The notes beneath the pieces are model-generated. The model worked only from the letters and a program-made list of their open reading frames with translations. It had not been told where the DNA came from and searched no databases. From assembly GCA_036846425.1 (NCBI GenBank), contig DAIUBY010000008.1, forward strand, positions 1 to 51,786: DNA of 51,786 bases, written 5' to 3'. This DNA comes from Polaribacter sp. (GTDB lineage Bacteria; Bacteroidota; Bacteroidia; Flavobacteriales; Flavobacteriaceae). A program made the position numbers and the translations under genes. Shown in pieces: positions 19,510-28,926 of the stretch; the stretch's first letter is position 1, and each line of letters starts with the position of its first letter.

Positions 19510-19550
19510 AAATAAAACACACCAATAATTTTATAAAAAAATTATTGGTG
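19510..19550 (-). terminator. Terminator-like hairpin upstream of gatC
   Basis: Perfect 13-bp stem CACCAATAATTTT / AAAATTATTGGTG followed by TGTTTTATTT on the minus strand. Confidence 0.7.
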
Positions 19551-19746
19551 CATAGATTAATTCAGTAAATTCAAATCAAACACATGTTTTGATATGCAAA
19601 TGACTGAATTTACATCAAAAGTGTAAATCAATAATAAATAATTAGTTATAAATCGTAATTTATATTTTAATATTTATGATAAAATGTAAGTATAGATTTT
19701 GATAATAATTAAAACTGTTAAGAATTTTAAAAAAACCACAATTAAA

Positions 19747-19778
19747 TTTGTTCAACTAAAAAACCCTTTCTACTTTTG
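19747..19778 (+). promoter_or_regulatory. Bacteroidota housekeeping promoter of the trp operon
   Basis: TTTG (19747-19750), 20-nt spacer, TACTTTTG (19771-19778) matching the -33/-7 consensus. Confidence 0.8.
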
Positions 19779-19783
19779 TAGTT

Positions 19784-19828
19784 ATGAAAAATCAAAAAAA
19801 TAGTTGGTGGTGGAACTCTCTTATTTAA
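19784..19828 (+). CDS. trpL: trp operon leader peptide MKNQKNSWWWNSLI
   Basis: 14-codon ORF with three consecutive TGG codons upstream of trpE and an attenuator hairpin. Confidence 0.9.
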   Translation: MKNQKNSWWWNSLI

Positions 19829-19863
19829 TTAAGTGAGCAATAAACCTATCTATAAAAATATAT

Positions 19864-19892
19864 AAAAGGCTTATCTCACGATAAGCCTTTTT
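19864..19892 (+). terminator. trp attenuator terminator
   Basis: AAAAGGCTTATC-TCAC-GATAAGCCTTTTT; competing antiterminator strand GTGAG(CA)ATAA(A)CCT at 19833-19847. Confidence 0.88.
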
Positions 19893-19913
19893 CTATTTGA
19901 AACTGAAACCAAA

Positions 19914-21311
19914 ATGATAATGATGAACATCCAGTTTACTACAATTTTTAAAACAAAAATCGCAGATACAATAACGCCTGTTGGTTTGTATTTGCGTTTT
20001 CGCGACAAATACGCCAATACTTTATTGCTTGAAAGTTCAGATTATCATAGCAAAGAAGAAAGTTTTTCTTTTATATGTATTGAACCTTTGATTACGATTC
20101 AAGCTAAAAATCATTATTTGAGTTTTTCTCACAAGGAGGAAGAATTAGCAAAGGAAAAAATTGGAAAAAATTTCAATGCAATTTTTGAAAAATACAGCAA
20201 AACTATTAGTTTGGATTGTCCTGATGAGTTGAAATCTTTCAATGGTTTGTATGGTTATACAACGTATGATGCTGTTCAATATTTTGAAAATATTGTGCTG
20301 AATGTGAAAGAGGCAATTTCTGCAATTCCTCTGTTGCAATACAGTTTTTACAGATTTATCATTGCTATCAATCATTTTAATGATGAAATTACTTTGATTG
20401 AAAACTTGGAAGTTGGAGACAATTCACGCATTGAAGAAATTCAAAAAATCATTGATGCACAAGCGTTTAATACTCAAAAATTTGAAACTGTTGATGAAGA
20501 AACTTCCAATTGTACCAATGAAGATTTTAAAGAATATGTAGTAAAAGCAAAATCACATTGCAAACGTGGAGATGTTTTTCAATTGGTGTTATCACGTCAA
20601 TTTCAGCAAAAATTTAAAGGAGATGAATTCAATGTTTATAGGGCTTTGCGTTCTATAAATCCTTCACCTTACTTATTTTATTTTGATTACGGTTCTCTCA
20701 AATTGATGGGTTCTTCACCTGAAGCGCAAATCAAAATTTCCAAAGGAAAAGCCATTATCAATCCAATTGCAGGAACTTTTAGAAGAACTGGAGACATGGC
20801 TCAAGATATTCAATTAGGAAAAAAGTTAGCTGCTGATAAAAAAGAAACTGCTGAACATGTAATGTTGGTAGATTTAGCAAGAAACGATTTAAGCAAACAT
20901 GCTGATAATGTGACTGTTGAGGTTTTTAAAGAAATTCAATATTTTAGCCACGTAATTCATTTAGTTTCTACAGTTTCTGGACAATTGAAAGGAAATCCAA
21001 TTGAAATTGTAGGCGATACTTTTCCTGCAGGAACCTTAAGTGGCGCACCAAAATACAAAGCAATGCAATTGATTGATACTTACGAAAATCAATCACGAGG
21101 ATTTTATGGAGGAGCAGTTGGTATTATTGGATTGGATGGTTCTGTAAATTTGGCAATCGCAATTCGTTCTTTTGTGAGTAAAAACAACGTTTTGTATTAT
21201 CAAGCAGGAGCAGGAATCGTGATTCATTCTGATGAAGAAAAAGAATTGCAAGAGGTAAATAATAAGTTAGCAGCATTAAAAAAAGCGCTGATTTTAGCAG
21301 AGAAAATATAA
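19914..21311 (+). CDS. trpE: Anthranilate synthase component I
   Basis: LLLES, GDVFQLVLS, NPSPY, GSSPE, PIAGT, EHVMLVDLARND, FPAGTLSGAPK; exact start Met uncertain (MIMM). Confidence 0.96.
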   Translation: MIMMNIQFTTIFKTKIADTITPVGLYLRFRDKYANTLLLESSDYHSKEESFSFICIEPLITIQAKNHYLSFSHKEEELAKEKIGKNFNAIFEKYSKTISLDCPDELKSFNGLYGYTTYDAVQYFENIVLNVKEAISAIPLLQYSFYRFIIAINHFNDEITLIENLEVGDNSRIEEIQKIIDAQAFNTQKFETVDEETSNCTNEDFKEYVVKAKSHCKRGDVFQLVLSRQFQQKFKGDEFNVYRALRSINPSPYLFYFDYGSLKLMGSSPEAQIKISKGKAIINPIAGTFRRTGDMAQDIQLGKKLAADKKETAEHVMLVDLARNDLSKHADNVTVEVFKEIQYFSHVIHLVSTVSGQLKGNPIEIVGDTFPAGTLSGAPKYKAMQLIDTYENQSRGFYGGAVGIIGLDGSVNLAIAIRSFVSKNNVLYYQAGAGIVIHSDEEKELQEVNNKLAALKKALILAEKI

Positions 21312-21313
21312 AT

Positions 21314-21355
21314 CAGCTATTAGCCATTTGTTAATAGCTAAAAGCCAAAAGCATA
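21314..21355 (+). repeat. 7-nt-periodic array in the trpE-trpG spacer
   Basis: CAGCTAT TAGCCAT TTGTTAA TAGCTAA AAGCCAA AAGCATA. Confidence 0.7.
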
Positions 21356-21358
21356 AAA

Positions 21359-21931
21359 ATGAACATATTAATTTTAGACAATTACGATTCGTTTACCTAC
21401 AATTTGGTTCATATGGTTGAAAAAATTACAGGAAATTTTCCTGCAGTTTTTAGAAACGATGAAATCAGTATTGAAGATGTTGGAAAATTTGACATGATTG
21501 TTTTGTCTCCAGGTCCAGGAATTCCTGATGAAGCCGGAATTTTGAAAGAAGTAATTAAAACTTATTCAGGTAAAATTCCAATTTTTGGAGTTTGTTTAGG
21601 TTTGCAAGCAATTACCGAAGTTTTTGGTGGAAAAATCATCAATTTAGATGATGTTTTTCATGGAGTTGCTACAGAAATGACAATCACAGATTCATCTGCA
21701 ATTATTTTTAAAGATGTTCCAGAAAAATTTATGGCAGCAAGATATCATTCTTGGGCAGCAACTGATGAAGTTTTTCCAGCAGAATTATCAGTAACAGCAA
21801 GAGATGAAGATGGAGGAATTCAGGCTTTAGAACACAAAACATTCAATATTAGTGCAGTACAGTTTCATCCTGAGTCAATTTTGACTGATGTAGGAGAACA
21901 ATTGGTTCGTAATTTTATTAATAGTATTTAG
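21359..21931 (+). CDS. trpG: Anthranilate synthase component II (glutamine amidotransferase)
   Basis: DNYDSFTYNL, SPGPG, GVCLG, RYHS, QFHPES. Confidence 0.96.
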   Translation: MNILILDNYDSFTYNLVHMVEKITGNFPAVFRNDEISIEDVGKFDMIVLSPGPGIPDEAGILKEVIKTYSGKIPIFGVCLGLQAITEVFGGKIINLDDVFHGVATEMTITDSSAIIFKDVPEKFMAARYHSWAATDEVFPAELSVTARDEDGGIQALEHKTFNISAVQFHPESILTDVGEQLVRNFINSI

Positions 21932-22024
21932 CTTTTTGCTGCTAGCTATTAGCAAAAAATAAAATAAACTGAAATTTATAAAGTTAAAATTCTAACAGCC
22001 AAAAGCTAATTGCTAAAAGCTAAA
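21929..22024 (+). repeat. Two 7-nt-periodic arrays at the ends of the trpG-trpD spacer
   Basis: TAGCTTT TTGCTGC TAGCTAT TAGCAAA starting on the trpG stop; AGCCAAA AGCTAAT TGCTAAA AGCTAAA ending 3 nt before the trpD ATG. Confidence 0.7.
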
Positions 22025-22027
22025 CAA

Positions 22028-23020
22028 ATGAGAGAAACATTAAACAAATTATACAATCACGAACGTTTATCAAAATCGGAAGCAAAACAGGTTTTGAAAG
22101 ATATTGCTGCTGAAAAATTCAATGATGCACATTTGGTTTCTTTTATGACGGTTTTTATGATGCGTCCAATTTCGGTTGATGAATTGTCGGGTTTTAGAGA
22201 TGCTTTAAAAGAATTATCTGTAAAAATTGATTTTTCTGATTTCAATACTATTGATATTGTTGGAACTGGAGGTGATGGAAAAAACACGTTTAATATTTCA
22301 ACATTGACCTCATTTGTGGTTGCTGGAACAGGACAAAAAGTAGCCAAACATGGCAATTATTCTTTGTCATCACAATCTGGTTCTTCAGATATGTTAGAAA
22401 CTTTTGGATATGAATTTACGAATAATGAAAGCATTTTAAAAAATCAATTGGAAAAAGCGAATATTTGTTTTTTACATGCACCCAAATTTCATCCTGCTAT
22501 GAAAGCAGTTGGGCCCACAAGAAAAGCCTTGGCTTTGAAAACGTTTTTCAATATTTTAGGACCTTTAGTAAATCCAAGTTCGCCAAAAAATCATTTTTTA
22601 GGAACCTATAATTTAGAGGTTGCGCGTTTGTATCATTACATTTTACAAGAAGAAAATTGCAATTATGCAGTGATTCATGCTTTAGATGGTTATGACGAAA
22701 TTTCACTAACAAGTGCTTTTAAAATCTTCACTAAAAATGGTGAAAAAATGGTTGCTCCTGAAGATTTAGGAATGAAACGAATTTCTCAAGAAGCTATTTT
22801 TGGAGGAAATTCTGTGGCTGATGCAGCTAAAATATTTCAACAAATCATTGAAGGAAAAGGAACTGAAGCACAAAATAATGTAGTATTAACAAATGCTGCT
22901 TTTGCGCTTCAAATTGTGGATGAAAGCAAAACTTTTGAAACAGCTTTTGATGAAGCAAAAATTTCGCTTTTTTCAGGAAAAGCAAAAGAAACATTAACTA
23001 AACTCGTGAATTTAAAATGA
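22028..23020 (+). CDS. trpD: Anthranilate phosphoribosyltransferase
   Basis: DIVGTGGDG, FNIST, VAKHGN, GSSD, NILGPLVNP, DGYDE; ATG at 22028 preferred over TTG at 22010. Confidence 0.96.
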   Translation: MRETLNKLYNHERLSKSEAKQVLKDIAAEKFNDAHLVSFMTVFMMRPISVDELSGFRDALKELSVKIDFSDFNTIDIVGTGGDGKNTFNISTLTSFVVAGTGQKVAKHGNYSLSSQSGSSDMLETFGYEFTNNESILKNQLEKANICFLHAPKFHPAMKAVGPTRKALALKTFFNILGPLVNPSSPKNHFLGTYNLEVARLYHYILQEENCNYAVIHALDGYDEISLTSAFKIFTKNGEKMVAPEDLGMKRISQEAIFGGNSVADAAKIFQQIIEGKGTEAQNNVVLTNAAFALQIVDESKTFETAFDEAKISLFSGKAKETLTKLVNLK

Positions 23021-23805
23021 CCATTTTAGATAAAATAATTGCATTTAAAAAAAAGGAAGTTGCTAAAATTAAAGCTGAAGTTCCTTTGAAAAAATTAATT
23101 GAAAGTCCAAATTTTAATAGAGAAGTTTTTTCATTGGAAAAATCGCTTTTAGATTTCAATTCTACTGGAATTATTGCCGAATTCAAACGTCAATCGCCTT
23201 CAAAAGGAATCATCAATGATAAAGTGAGCATTGCTGAAGTGACACAAGGCTATTTGGATGCCAATGTTGCTGCACAATCTATTTTGACAGATTTATCCTT
23301 TTTTGGAGGAACTATGGCAGATTTGATGGAAGCAAGAGTCATCAATCAAGAAAAACCAATTTTGAGAAAAGATTTTATTGTTGATGGATTTCAAATTGTA
23401 GAAGCAAAAGCAATTGGTGCTGATGTTATTTTGTTAATTGCGACTTGTTTAACATCTTTAGAATTGAAAAATTATGGAAAATTAGCAAAAGAATTAGGTT
23501 TGGAAGTTTTGTATGAAGTTCATTCTCAGGAAGATTTGGATAAAATTGGTGATTTAGACAATAAAATTATCGGAATTAACAATCGAAATTTGAACACTTT
23601 TCAAGTTGATTTAGAACATTCCATTAAATTGGCAGACCAAATTCCAGATTCTTCTATCAAAGTTTCAGAAAGTGGAATTTCTGATCCAAGAATTATTTCT
23701 GGATTGAAAGAATACGGATTTCAGGGATTTTTGATTGGTGAAAATTTCATGAAAGAAGAAAATCCAGGAGAAGCTTGCCAAGAATTTATCAATCAAATTC
23801 GATAA
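23017..23805 (+). CDS. trpC: Indole-3-glycerol phosphate synthase
   Basis: IAEFKRQSPSKG, LRKDF, GADVILLI, GINNRNL, SESGI. Confidence 0.96.
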   Translation: MTILDKIIAFKKKEVAKIKAEVPLKKLIESPNFNREVFSLEKSLLDFNSTGIIAEFKRQSPSKGIINDKVSIAEVTQGYLDANVAAQSILTDLSFFGGTMADLMEARVINQEKPILRKDFIVDGFQIVEAKAIGADVILLIATCLTSLELKNYGKLAKELGLEVLYEVHSQEDLDKIGDLDNKIIGINNRNLNTFQVDLEHSIKLADQIPDSSIKVSESGISDPRIISGLKEYGFQGFLIGENFMKEENPGEACQEFINQIR

Positions 23806-23844
23806 AAGCCCATCCTAACCTTCCCAAAGGGAAGGAACTCATGC
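23802..23844 (+). repeat. REP-like palindromic repeat, copy 2
   Basis: Contains perfect hairpin CCTTCCC-AAA-GGGAAGG; begins on the trpC TAA stop; near-identical to 71-113. Confidence 0.85.
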
Positions 23845-23877
23845 ACAAAAAATTGAGTTATAAAAATTAAAGAAGAG

Positions 23878-24564
23878 TTGATTTTGAATAAAAAACAAGA
23901 AAACACAAAACTAATTACAGTTTTCCCCCCTTTGGGGGAAAGGGGGCTTTTACTGAAAGTTTGCGGAATGAAATTCACGGAAAATATTCAACAAGTTGCG
24001 GCTTTGCAACCTGATTATTTGGGTTTTATTTTTTATGAAAAGTCAAAAAGAAATTTTGAAGGAATTATTCCAAAATTGTCAAAAAACATTAAAAAAACAG
24101 GTGTTTTTGTTGATGAATACTTAGAAATCGTAGTTTCATTGGTTGAAGAATATCAGTTAGAAGCCATTCAATTGCATGGAGATGAAACTGTTGATTATAT
24201 CAAAGAGTTGAAAAGTCATTTACCAAAAGGTGAAATCATCAAAGTTTTTAGCATCAAAGATTCGTTCGATTTTAATGTTTTAAAACCATATAAAGAAATA
24301 GTAGATTATTTTTTGTTTGACACAAAAGGCGAAGAAAAAGGAGGCAATGGAATTCAGTTTGATTGGCGAGTTTTAGAAAATTATCCTTTTGAAAAACCCT
24401 TTTTTTTAAGCGGTGGAATTGGTTTGGATGATGTGAAAAAAATAAAAGAAATTACCAATTCAACATTACCAATTTACGGCATTGATATCAACAGTAAATT
24501 TGAAAGTAAACCAGGATTTAAAAACATTGAAGAGATTAAAAACTTTAAAAAATATATATTATGA
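23878..24564 (+). CDS. trpF: Phosphoribosylanthranilate isomerase with N-terminal extension
   Basis: [39 protein letters not shown]; no ATG before the first conserved strand, so start is TTG 23878/23884 or CTG 23953. Confidence 0.92.
   Translation: MILNKKQENTKLITVFPPLGERGLLLKVCGMKFTENIQQVAALQPDYLGFIFYEKSKRNFEGIIPKLSKNIKKTGVFVDEYLEIVVSLVEEYQLEAIQLHGDETVDYIKELKSHLPKGEIIKVFSIKDSFDFNVLKPYKEIVDYFLFDTKGEEKGGNGIQFDWRVLENYPFEKPFFLSGGIGLDDVKKIKEITNSTLPIYGIDINSKFESKPGFKNIEEIKNFKKYIL
23921..23952 (-). repeat. REP-like palindromic repeat, copy 3 (inverted, inside the trpF 5' ORF)
   Basis: Reverse complement TAAAAGCCCCCTTTCCCCCAAAGGGGGGAAAA shares the TAAAAGCCC start and CCCAAAGGG core. Confidence 0.7.
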
Positions 24565-25745
24565 AATCAAAATATCAACCAGATAAAAATGGTTATTTCG
24601 GACAATTTGGAGGAGCATTTATCCCAGAATTATTGTATCCAAATGTAAAAGAATTAGAGGATAATTATATCCAAATCATTGAATCAGAAGAATTTCAAAA
24701 GGAATACAAATCTTTGTTGAAAGATTTTGTTGGACGTCCAAGTCCACTGTATTTTGCTAAAAGATTATCAGAAAAATATGGTGCTCAAATTTATTTGAAA
24801 AGAGAAGATTTGAATCACACAGGAGCTCATAAAGTGAACAATACAGTTGGTCAAATTTTAATCGCTCAAAAACTAGGAAAAACAAAGATTATTGCTGAAA
24901 CTGGTGCAGGACAGCATGGAGTTGCAACTGCCACAGTTTGTGCTTTAATGGGATTAGAATGTACTGTTTTTATGGGCGAAAAAGATATTGTGCGTCAAGC
25001 TCCAAATGTTGCGAGAATGAAAATGCTGGGTGCAAAAATAGTTCCTGCAACAAGTGGTTCAAAAACCCTGAAAGATGCAACAAATGAAGCAATTCGTTAT
25101 TGGATTCAACATCCAGAAACTTTTTATTTGATTGGTTCTGTTGTGGGTCCACATCCACATCCTGATATGGTTGCTCGTTTGCAAGCTGTGATTTCTGAAG
25201 AAATGAAATGGCAATTGAAAGAAAAAACGGGCAATGAAAATCCTGATACCATTATTGCTTGTGTTGGAGGAGGAAGCAATGCTGCTGGCGCTTTTTATCA
25301 TTATATGGTTGATGAAGAAGTAGAATTGATTGCTGTTGAAGCTGCAGGTTTGGGCGTAAATTCTGGAGAAAGTGCAGCAACTTCACAATTAGGACAAGTA
25401 GGAATTATTCATGGAAGTAAAACCATTTTGATGCAAGATGAATATGGACAAATTGTAGAACCTTATTCAATTTCTGCAGGATTGGATTATCCAGGAGTTG
25501 GACCTTTGCACGCTTTTTTATACGAAAGTGGCAGAGCAAAATTTATGAATGCAACTGATCAAGAAGCATTAGATGCTGCCTACGAATTGACAAAATTAGA
25601 GGGAATTATTCCTGCTTTAGAAACAGCTCATGCCTTGGCTGTTTTGCCAAAAATGACCTTGAGAAAAGACCAAGTTATTGTGATTAATTTATCAGGAAGA
25701 GGAGATAAAGATTTGGAAACTTTTATCAATCATTTAAAAGAGTAA
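24561..25745 (+). CDS. trpB: Tryptophan synthase beta chain
   Basis: [49 protein letters not shown]. Confidence 0.98.
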   Translation: MKSKYQPDKNGYFGQFGGAFIPELLYPNVKELEDNYIQIIESEEFQKEYKSLLKDFVGRPSPLYFAKRLSEKYGAQIYLKREDLNHTGAHKVNNTVGQILIAQKLGKTKIIAETGAGQHGVATATVCALMGLECTVFMGEKDIVRQAPNVARMKMLGAKIVPATSGSKTLKDATNEAIRYWIQHPETFYLIGSVVGPHPHPDMVARLQAVISEEMKWQLKEKTGNENPDTIIACVGGGSNAAGAFYHYMVDEEVELIAVEAAGLGVNSGESAATSQLGQVGIIHGSKTILMQDEYGQIVEPYSISAGLDYPGVGPLHAFLYESGRAKFMNATDQEALDAAYELTKLEGIIPALETAHALAVLPKMTLRKDQVIVINLSGRGDKDLETFINHLKE

Positions 25746-25748
25746 CCC

Positions 25749-26513
25749 ATGCATTCAATAAAAAATATTTTTCAGACAAAAAATAGTCACCTTTTATCTA
25801 TTTATTTTACTGCTGGTTTTCCAAACTTAGAAGATACAAAAAGTGTCATTCAGGAATTAGAAAAAGCTGGCGTTGATTTTATTGAAGTTGGGTTGCCTTA
25901 TTCTGATCCTTTGGCAGATGGACCAACAATTCAAAATAGTAGTCAAAAAGCATTGCAAAATGGCATCAATTTAGACATCGTTTTTGAACAATTACTAACT
26001 ATTAAAGAAACCAATAAAACACCTTTAGTGTTGATGGGATATTTGAACCAAATGCTAAAATATGGAGAACATAAATTTTGCGAAAAAGTTGTTGCTTGTG
26101 GAATTGACACCCTTATTTTACCAGATTTACCTATGGTTGAATATGAAAATCACTACAAAGAGTTGTTTGAAAAATACGGAATCAACAATGTTTTTTTAAT
26201 CACTCCTCAAACTACTGAAGAACGAATTAGAAAGATTGATTCTTACACCAAAAGTTTTATTTATATGGTCGCATCAAGTTCAATTACAGGCGCAAAAGGT
26301 GAAATTTCCCAACAGCAAATTGATTATTTTCAACGTATTAAATCCTATAATTTAAAAAGTAATTTAGTGATTGGTTTTGGAATTTCAGACAATGCTACTT
26401 TTTCAAAAGCCTGCGAATTTGCGAATGGAGCGATTATTGGCTCTGCATTTATCAATTTTTTAGAGCAAAATCCGATTGATAAAATAAGTGAATTTATAAA
26501 ATCAATAAAATAG
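25749..26513 (+). CDS. trpA: Tryptophan synthase alpha chain
   Basis: EVGLPYSDPLADGPTIQ, MGYLN, GFGIS, IIGSA. Confidence 0.97.
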   Translation: MHSIKNIFQTKNSHLLSIYFTAGFPNLEDTKSVIQELEKAGVDFIEVGLPYSDPLADGPTIQNSSQKALQNGINLDIVFEQLLTIKETNKTPLVLMGYLNQMLKYGEHKFCEKVVACGIDTLILPDLPMVEYENHYKELFEKYGINNVFLITPQTTEERIRKIDSYTKSFIYMVASSSITGAKGEISQQQIDYFQRIKSYNLKSNLVIGFGISDNATFSKACEFANGAIIGSAFINFLEQNPIDKISEFIKSIK

Positions 26514-26518
26514 TAAGA

Positions 26519-27151
26519 TTATAAAGTTTGAACAATGATTACTCCATTGGCACCTCTTGATCCATAACTGGAGGTTTCTGTGCCTTTTAAAATTTTGATA
26601 GATTTTATGTCTGTGGGTACAATATTACTGAAAATATCTTGTTCAACTTGGTTGTCATTTAATATAAACAAAGGACTTCTATTGCCACCGAGAACAGTAT
26701 TGTAGCCTCTTATAACGATTCTGTTTTCAGAATCTATGTTTACTCCAGGTACTTTACCTCTTAAATAATCATAAATATTTCTGTATTGAATGGTGTTGTC
26801 GTTTTTGTAATTTGTATCATCTTTAATTAAACTAATATCATTATTTTCTGAAGAAATAATAATTTCGATATTATTTTCGCCTAAATATTTTATTTTTTTT
26901 ATACCAATTAATGGAGAAAAAGCTGCAATTTCTTTTAGAGCTTTTTTCAATATTATTTTAAAATTTCCATTTTCGTTTGTGGTTATGTCTTGCTTTGAAT
27001 TATCAATCAAAATTATTGCTCCAGGAATTGGTTCACTTTTAGAATTTTTTACAGTAACATTCAATCTAATAGATTCAGTTTTTTCTTGAGAAAAAATACT
27101 TATTGATGTAAAAAATAAAGCAATAAACAAGATGTTTTTAATATTTTTCAT
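26519..27151 (-). CDS. Exported protein with carboxypeptidase-regulatory-like domain and SusC-type TonB plug domain, no barrel
   Basis: Signal peptide; EPIPGAII..TTNENGNF; LRGKVPGV, IRG, PLFIL, IKSIKILKG..YGSRGANGVIIVQT then stop. Confidence 0.85.
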   Translation of the reverse strand: MKNIKNILFIALFFTSISIFSQEKTESIRLNVTVKNSKSEPIPGAIILIDNSKQDITTNENGNFKIILKKALKEIAAFSPLIGIKKIKYLGENNIEIIISSENNDISLIKDDTNYKNDNTIQYRNIYDYLRGKVPGVNIDSENRIVIRGYNTVLGGNRSPLFILNDNQVEQDIFSNIVPTDIKSIKILKGTETSSYGSRGANGVIIVQTL

Positions 27152-27306
27152 AACATTGAAGTTTTTAGTTTTGAAATTAAAGTTTTAAACAATAAATTTA
27201 AAAAAATTAAAATTAACGTATTCTGTTTTTTATTCGATAAAAATTGTGTTAAATTTTTTAGATTTTAAAAAATTTTATAAACGAAGTTAAAAGTAATTGT
27301 CAATTT

Positions 27307-28920
27307 TTAGAAAACTTTTTCTCCATTTAAAAACGTCGAAATCACTTTAGTTTTCGGAATAACTTTGCCTTCAACTTTCATAATATTTTGATTTAAAATC
27401 ACGAAATCTGCCAGTTTTCCAACTTCAATACTACCTTTTTCATGTTCTTCAAAATTAGAATATGCTGCCCAAATTGTCATACCTTTCAAAGTTTCTTCTC
27501 TCGTCAAAGCATTTTCCATTTGAAAACCATTTTCAGGATAATTTGTTTTATCTTTTCTACTGGTTGCTGCATAAAAAGTTAAAAATGGATTGACTTCTTC
27601 TACAGGGAAATCTGTTCCTAAGGCTATTTTTCCATAAACTTTTAGCAAATCTTTAAACGCATATGCGCCTTTCATTCGCTCTTTTCCAATTCTGTCTTGT
27701 GCCCAATACATGTCAGAAGTTGCGTGTGTAGGTTGCACAGAAGGTAAAATATTATCAAAATTTTTAAAATCTTCCGCAGAAATTATTTGTGCATGTTCAA
27801 TTCGCCAACGCTTATTTTTTTTATTTTTCAACACTTCTTTATACGTTTTTAATAGCCAAGTATTTGCAGAATCTCCAATGGCATGTGTATTCATTTGAAA
27901 TTCAGAGGCAGCAATTTGTCTCGCAATTTCAAGATATCTTTGAGGACTATAAATCAATGCTCCAAAATGATTTTCTCTATCTGAATATGATTTTCGCATT
28001 GCAGCTCCTCTTGAGCCCAAAGCGCCATCTCCATAAACTTTAAAAGAACGCACATTTAATCTGTCAGTTTTTGAAATTCCTTTGTTGATGTAATAGTCAA
28101 TTTGCGCTTGATTATCTCCAGAAATCATAGCGTAAATGCGCATTTTTAAATCATTTGTATGATGCAAACTATCTATCAATTCAATTGTTTTTTGGTCAAT
28201 GCCTGCATCATCAACTGTGGTTAATCCATAAGAAAAACAAATTTTTTGCGCATCTAATAATCCTTGAATCGCTTCTTGTTTTGATGGTTTAGGAATTTTT
28301 ATAAAATTCATTGCAGCATCAATCAAAACTCCTGTCATTTTTCCATCTTTTAAAATAATTTCTCCACCAGAAACTTTCGTGTTTTCATTGATTCCTGCCA
28401 AATTAATGGCAGCCTGATTTACCAAAAGTGCATGCCCATCAACTCTTATAATTGCCACAGGAATTGTTGGAAATAAGGCATCTAATTTTTCTTTCGTAGG
28501 AAATTCTTTGATTTCCCAATCATTTTGATCCCAACCACGACCTGTGATGAAAGTGGATTTTTTTTCTTTTTGAAAAGCGACTAATTTCTCTAAAACTTCA
28601 TCATAACTTTTAGTGCCCACTAAATTTACTTTTTGCTGGTCTAAACCCATTCTGTAAAAATGACAATGTGCGTCAATCAAACCTGGAACAATGGTTTGAT
28701 TTTTGGCATCAATCAAATTTTCAGTTTGATATTTTTCCTGAATTTCTTCATTAGAACCAACAGCTACAAATTTTCCATCTTTTATGGCAAATGCTGATAC
28801 AATTTCAAATGAATTATTAATAGTGTAAGTGTTTGAATTGATGACAATTAAATCTACTTTTTCTTTTTGACAAGCTATAAAAAGAAACAAAAAAGAAATA
28901 ATTAAACTAATTTTTTTCAT
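27307..28920 (-). CDS. Amidohydrolase family 3 (YtcJ-like) lipoprotein
   Basis: PGLIDAHCH, DGALGSRGA, HAIGD, RIEHAQ, GTDFP, GKLADFVIL; lipobox FIAC. Confidence 0.9.
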   Translation of the reverse strand: MKKISLIISFLFLFIACQKEKVDLIVINSNTYTINNSFEIVSAFAIKDGKFVAVGSNEEIQEKYQTENLIDAKNQTIVPGLIDAHCHFYRMGLDQQKVNLVGTKSYDEVLEKLVAFQKEKKSTFITGRGWDQNDWEIKEFPTKEKLDALFPTIPVAIIRVDGHALLVNQAAINLAGINENTKVSGGEIILKDGKMTGVLIDAAMNFIKIPKPSKQEAIQGLLDAQKICFSYGLTTVDDAGIDQKTIELIDSLHHTNDLKMRIYAMISGDNQAQIDYYINKGISKTDRLNVRSFKVYGDGALGSRGAAMRKSYSDRENHFGALIYSPQRYLEIARQIAASEFQMNTHAIGDSANTWLLKTYKEVLKNKKNKRWRIEHAQIISAEDFKNFDNILPSVQPTHATSDMYWAQDRIGKERMKGAYAFKDLLKVYGKIALGTDFPVEEVNPFLTFYAATSRKDKTNYPENGFQMENALTREETLKGMTIWAAYSNFEEHEKGSIEVGKLADFVILNQNIMKVEGKVIPKTKVISTFLNGEKVF

Positions 28921-28926
28921 GATAAA

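Noticed and set aside
19556..19690. Asn/Asp-rich leader peptide for the gat operon
   Set aside because: Minus-strand ATG ORFs are only 1-4 codons; the longer open frame has no ATG and no Asn/Asp run
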